Origin: an uncultured cyanobacterium
Lineage (GTDB): Bacteria > Cyanobacteriota > Cyanobacteriia > Leptolyngbyales > Leptolyngbyaceae
Length of the DNA stretch: 15,536 nt
Direction of reading: 5' to 3'
Assembly: GCA_963766075.1 (NCBI GenBank)
Contig: CAVYAN010000116.1
Location: forward strand, 1-15,536
The position numbers and the translations under genes were made by a program. Positions 13,970-15,536 of this stretch are shown one piece after another; the stretch's first letter is position 1, and every line of letters starts with the position of its first letter. The notes under the pieces were generated by a model, which did not search any database, had not been told where the DNA came from, and saw nothing but the letters and a program-made list of their open reading frames with translations.

Positions 13970-14458
13970 TTAAATTCCTCCTGGGGAGAGCTGCAAGGTG
14001 GATTTCGGGGCGATCGCCTTTTGGTCTGGGGATTGCCCAAGAAGCGGATGTGCAGATTTTGACGGCAAGACCTGCACATCGATCGCCTTTGGAGCTACCG
14101 CCGATTCAATTGGCTCAACCTCGTAGCCGGACATGGTTTGGGTAATGCGAATCCTTTCTCCAATCAGATCGAGGATCAACCCGTGGCTGGTGCTGTAGGT
14201 AAAATCAACACGAAGATTAGTGGTCGGGCGATCGCCATACGGGTAATGCTGTTCTGGAGGCACGCCCATTTCCTCAACCAATGCCTGTTCCGACTGAATA
14301 TCGTTATCCAAGCACTCAACTAGCTTGCCATCCCGCCGCCGCAGCAACAGCAACCGGTGATGGCCCAAGCCCGAACGACTTGGAGTATTTAAGAGGGTGA
14401 GGATGTGAAGCGTTTCGGATCTGCTTCGTGCGACCAAGGAATGAGGACTGTAAATCAT
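13970..14458 (-). CDS. Hypothetical protein (162 aa)
   Basis: ATGA coupling to the upstream gene; AGGAG RBS. Confidence 0.7.
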   Translation of the reverse strand: MIYSPHSLVARSRSETLHILTLLNTPSRSGLGHHRLLLLRRRDGKLVECLDNDIQSEQALVEEMGVPPEQHYPYGDRPTTNLRVDFTYSTSHGLILDLIGERIRITQTMSGYEVEPIESAVAPKAIDVQVLPSKSAHPLLGQSPDQKAIAPKSTLQLSPGGI

Positions 14459-14871
14459 ATTGGGGTTGCTCCTATTGTGACGTTCTCACCCGTTTTCCCC
14501 TGCACGGGTGAGAAACATTTTTGTTGACTGTTTGCGATTGCCACTCCAACCGCAAGGCCGAAAGTTATCCCGAAAACGAAAGCACCAATAATCATTACCC
14601 TGGACCGCAGCGAGAAGACGACGCTCATCATCGCTAGGCGCATCTGCCATTCCTGGCGGATTAGATCGTACTGAGACGCGGGATGCTCAGACGCGATCGC
14701 CTGTTGCTCGATCAACCTGGACAGCTCTGCATCGGTCATTTCGTTAACGCCGCGCAGAAGCCGATATTCTTGAACTGCCTGCCCCTGGACCAAGCCATCA
14801 ACCGACTTACACAAAGCGCTTGTTCGCTGTTGCGTGAATCTAGCTAAATACTTGGCATGGTAGGAAGGCAT
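14455..14871 (-). CDS. Hypothetical membrane protein (C-terminal TM helix)
   Basis: VMIIGAFVFGITFGLAVGVAIA; operon packing. Confidence 0.7.
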   Translation of the reverse strand: MPSYHAKYLARFTQQRTSALCKSVDGLVQGQAVQEYRLLRGVNEMTDAELSRLIEQQAIASEHPASQYDLIRQEWQMRLAMMSVVFSLRSRVMIIGAFVFGITFGLAVGVAIANSQQKCFSPVQGKTGENVTIGATPI

Positions 14872-14873
14872 GG

Positions 14874-15248
14874 TTAGCTAAGTCCGTACTTTTGCAAGAA
14901 GTCCGTAACCTGGGTGTCGGTTTGCTCTGTAGCTCCCTTAACGGCGGCATCTAGCTCGCTTTGCCGCCTCAGGGTTTCGGCATTGATTGCCCCAGCTTTA
15001 CGCCGAAGCTTGACCTCAACTTCTGAATCGATCGCCTCTGGGATGGCCCCGTAAATTGAGGCGATCGCTGAACTGGACTGGTTGACAATCTGTCCGGCAA
15101 CTTGAGCGGCCTCTTGAACTGCCGTTATGCCTGTCCCCTGAAGGACAACGGCTAAGGAGTCTTTTTTACTGGTCTTTCTCCGCTTGGCCCCGGTTGGGGC
15201 GGGCTGCGGAATAGCCGTATCGGTTGTCGTTAATTCTGAACTTGACAT
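14874..15248 (-). CDS. Hypothetical helical protein (124 aa)
   Basis: Basic patch KRRKTSKK followed by an Ala/Gln-rich helix; overlaps the upstream gene. Confidence 0.7.
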   Translation of the reverse strand: MSSSELTTTDTAIPQPAPTGAKRRKTSKKDSLAVVLQGTGITAVQEAAQVAGQIVNQSSSAIASIYGAIPEAIDSEVEVKLRRKAGAINAETLRRQSELDAAVKGATEQTDTQVTDFLQKYGLS

Positions 15249-15535
15249 AGCTCTTCTACCCTCCTCAGGGCTAATGGATAGAGTCTGTTGTACGTTTCCC
15301 CAGCGAAGTTCCTAACTCCGGCGTAATGCAGCATGGCGCAAGTCGTCAAACCAGCCGCAATCGACAAATCAACCTCATCCGAGGAAGTTCCCCGGATGGA
15401 GAACCGGGAGCACCAACGGGAAAAGGTTGGGGCCGGAATCTCTTTGCCCGCGATGAATCCACACCATTCCCGAAGATAACCAAGAGACAACCGAATTTCC
15501 TCCGGTGCCGTGGCGTGGGTTTCAGTTTCGCTCAC
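15230..15535 (-). CDS. Putative HTH DNA-binding protein (start may lie beyond window)
   Basis: LGYLREWC...IPAPTFSRWCSRFSI resembles a MerR/excisionase-type HTH. Confidence 0.5.
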   Translation of the reverse strand: MSETETHATAPEEIRLSLGYLREWCGFIAGKEIPAPTFSRWCSRFSIRGTSSDEVDLSIAAGLTTCAMLHYAGVRNFAGETYNRLYPLALRRVEELCQVQN

Positions 15536-15536
15536 G

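Larger units (their letters stand above)
1..15536. mobile_element. Cyanobacterial prophage / phage-plasmid segment (boundaries outside window)
   Basis: Tail protein L, small-terminase-like HTH, ParB-MTase and DUF932 genes; no housekeeping genes; about 30 HIP1 (GCGATCGC) sites. Confidence 0.8.

Noticed and set aside
11046..14323. + strand ORFs (e.g. 11399-12010, 13538-13753, 14138-14323) and out-of-frame - strand ORFs
   Set aside because: Lie opposite to or within a tightly coupled - strand operon; no recognisable domains.

Overview
This window looks like part of a temperate phage or phage-plasmid of a cyanobacterium. The HIP1 octamer GCGATCGC occurs about 30 times by my manual count, versus fewer than 1 expected by chance. 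It has four blocks. (1) 1-5690 is a + strand, early/leading-type region of small ORFs: a tandem-duplicated wHTH-like pair, an RHH regulator, a DUF932 protein and a two-start ORF. Six copies of a two-dyad promoter module (TCAGTR-N4-YACTSA ... GTTATAKT) punctuate it. One copy fires into a ~350-nt structured region with no sizeable + strand ORF that ends at a strong terminator, making it a candidate ncRNA. (2) 5721-9893 is a candidate DNA-hypermodification locus. A HAD/PNKP-like gene and a clear CmoA (carboxy-SAM synthase) homologue converge on a coupled operon of small-terminase-like HTH, Zn-ribbon with a beta-clamp motif, ParB-like protein and a tandem-ParB + Rossmann methyltransferase. (3) 9982-10674 is an isolated lambda gpL-like minor tail gene. 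(4) 10715-15535 is a - strand operon with an HTH, coiled-coil and membrane proteins, a TM-anchored GIY-YIG nuclease, an Acb2/Tad1-like protein and a membrane-anchored FtsK/HerA-like ATPase. All family assignments come from motif recognition by eye; no searches were run.
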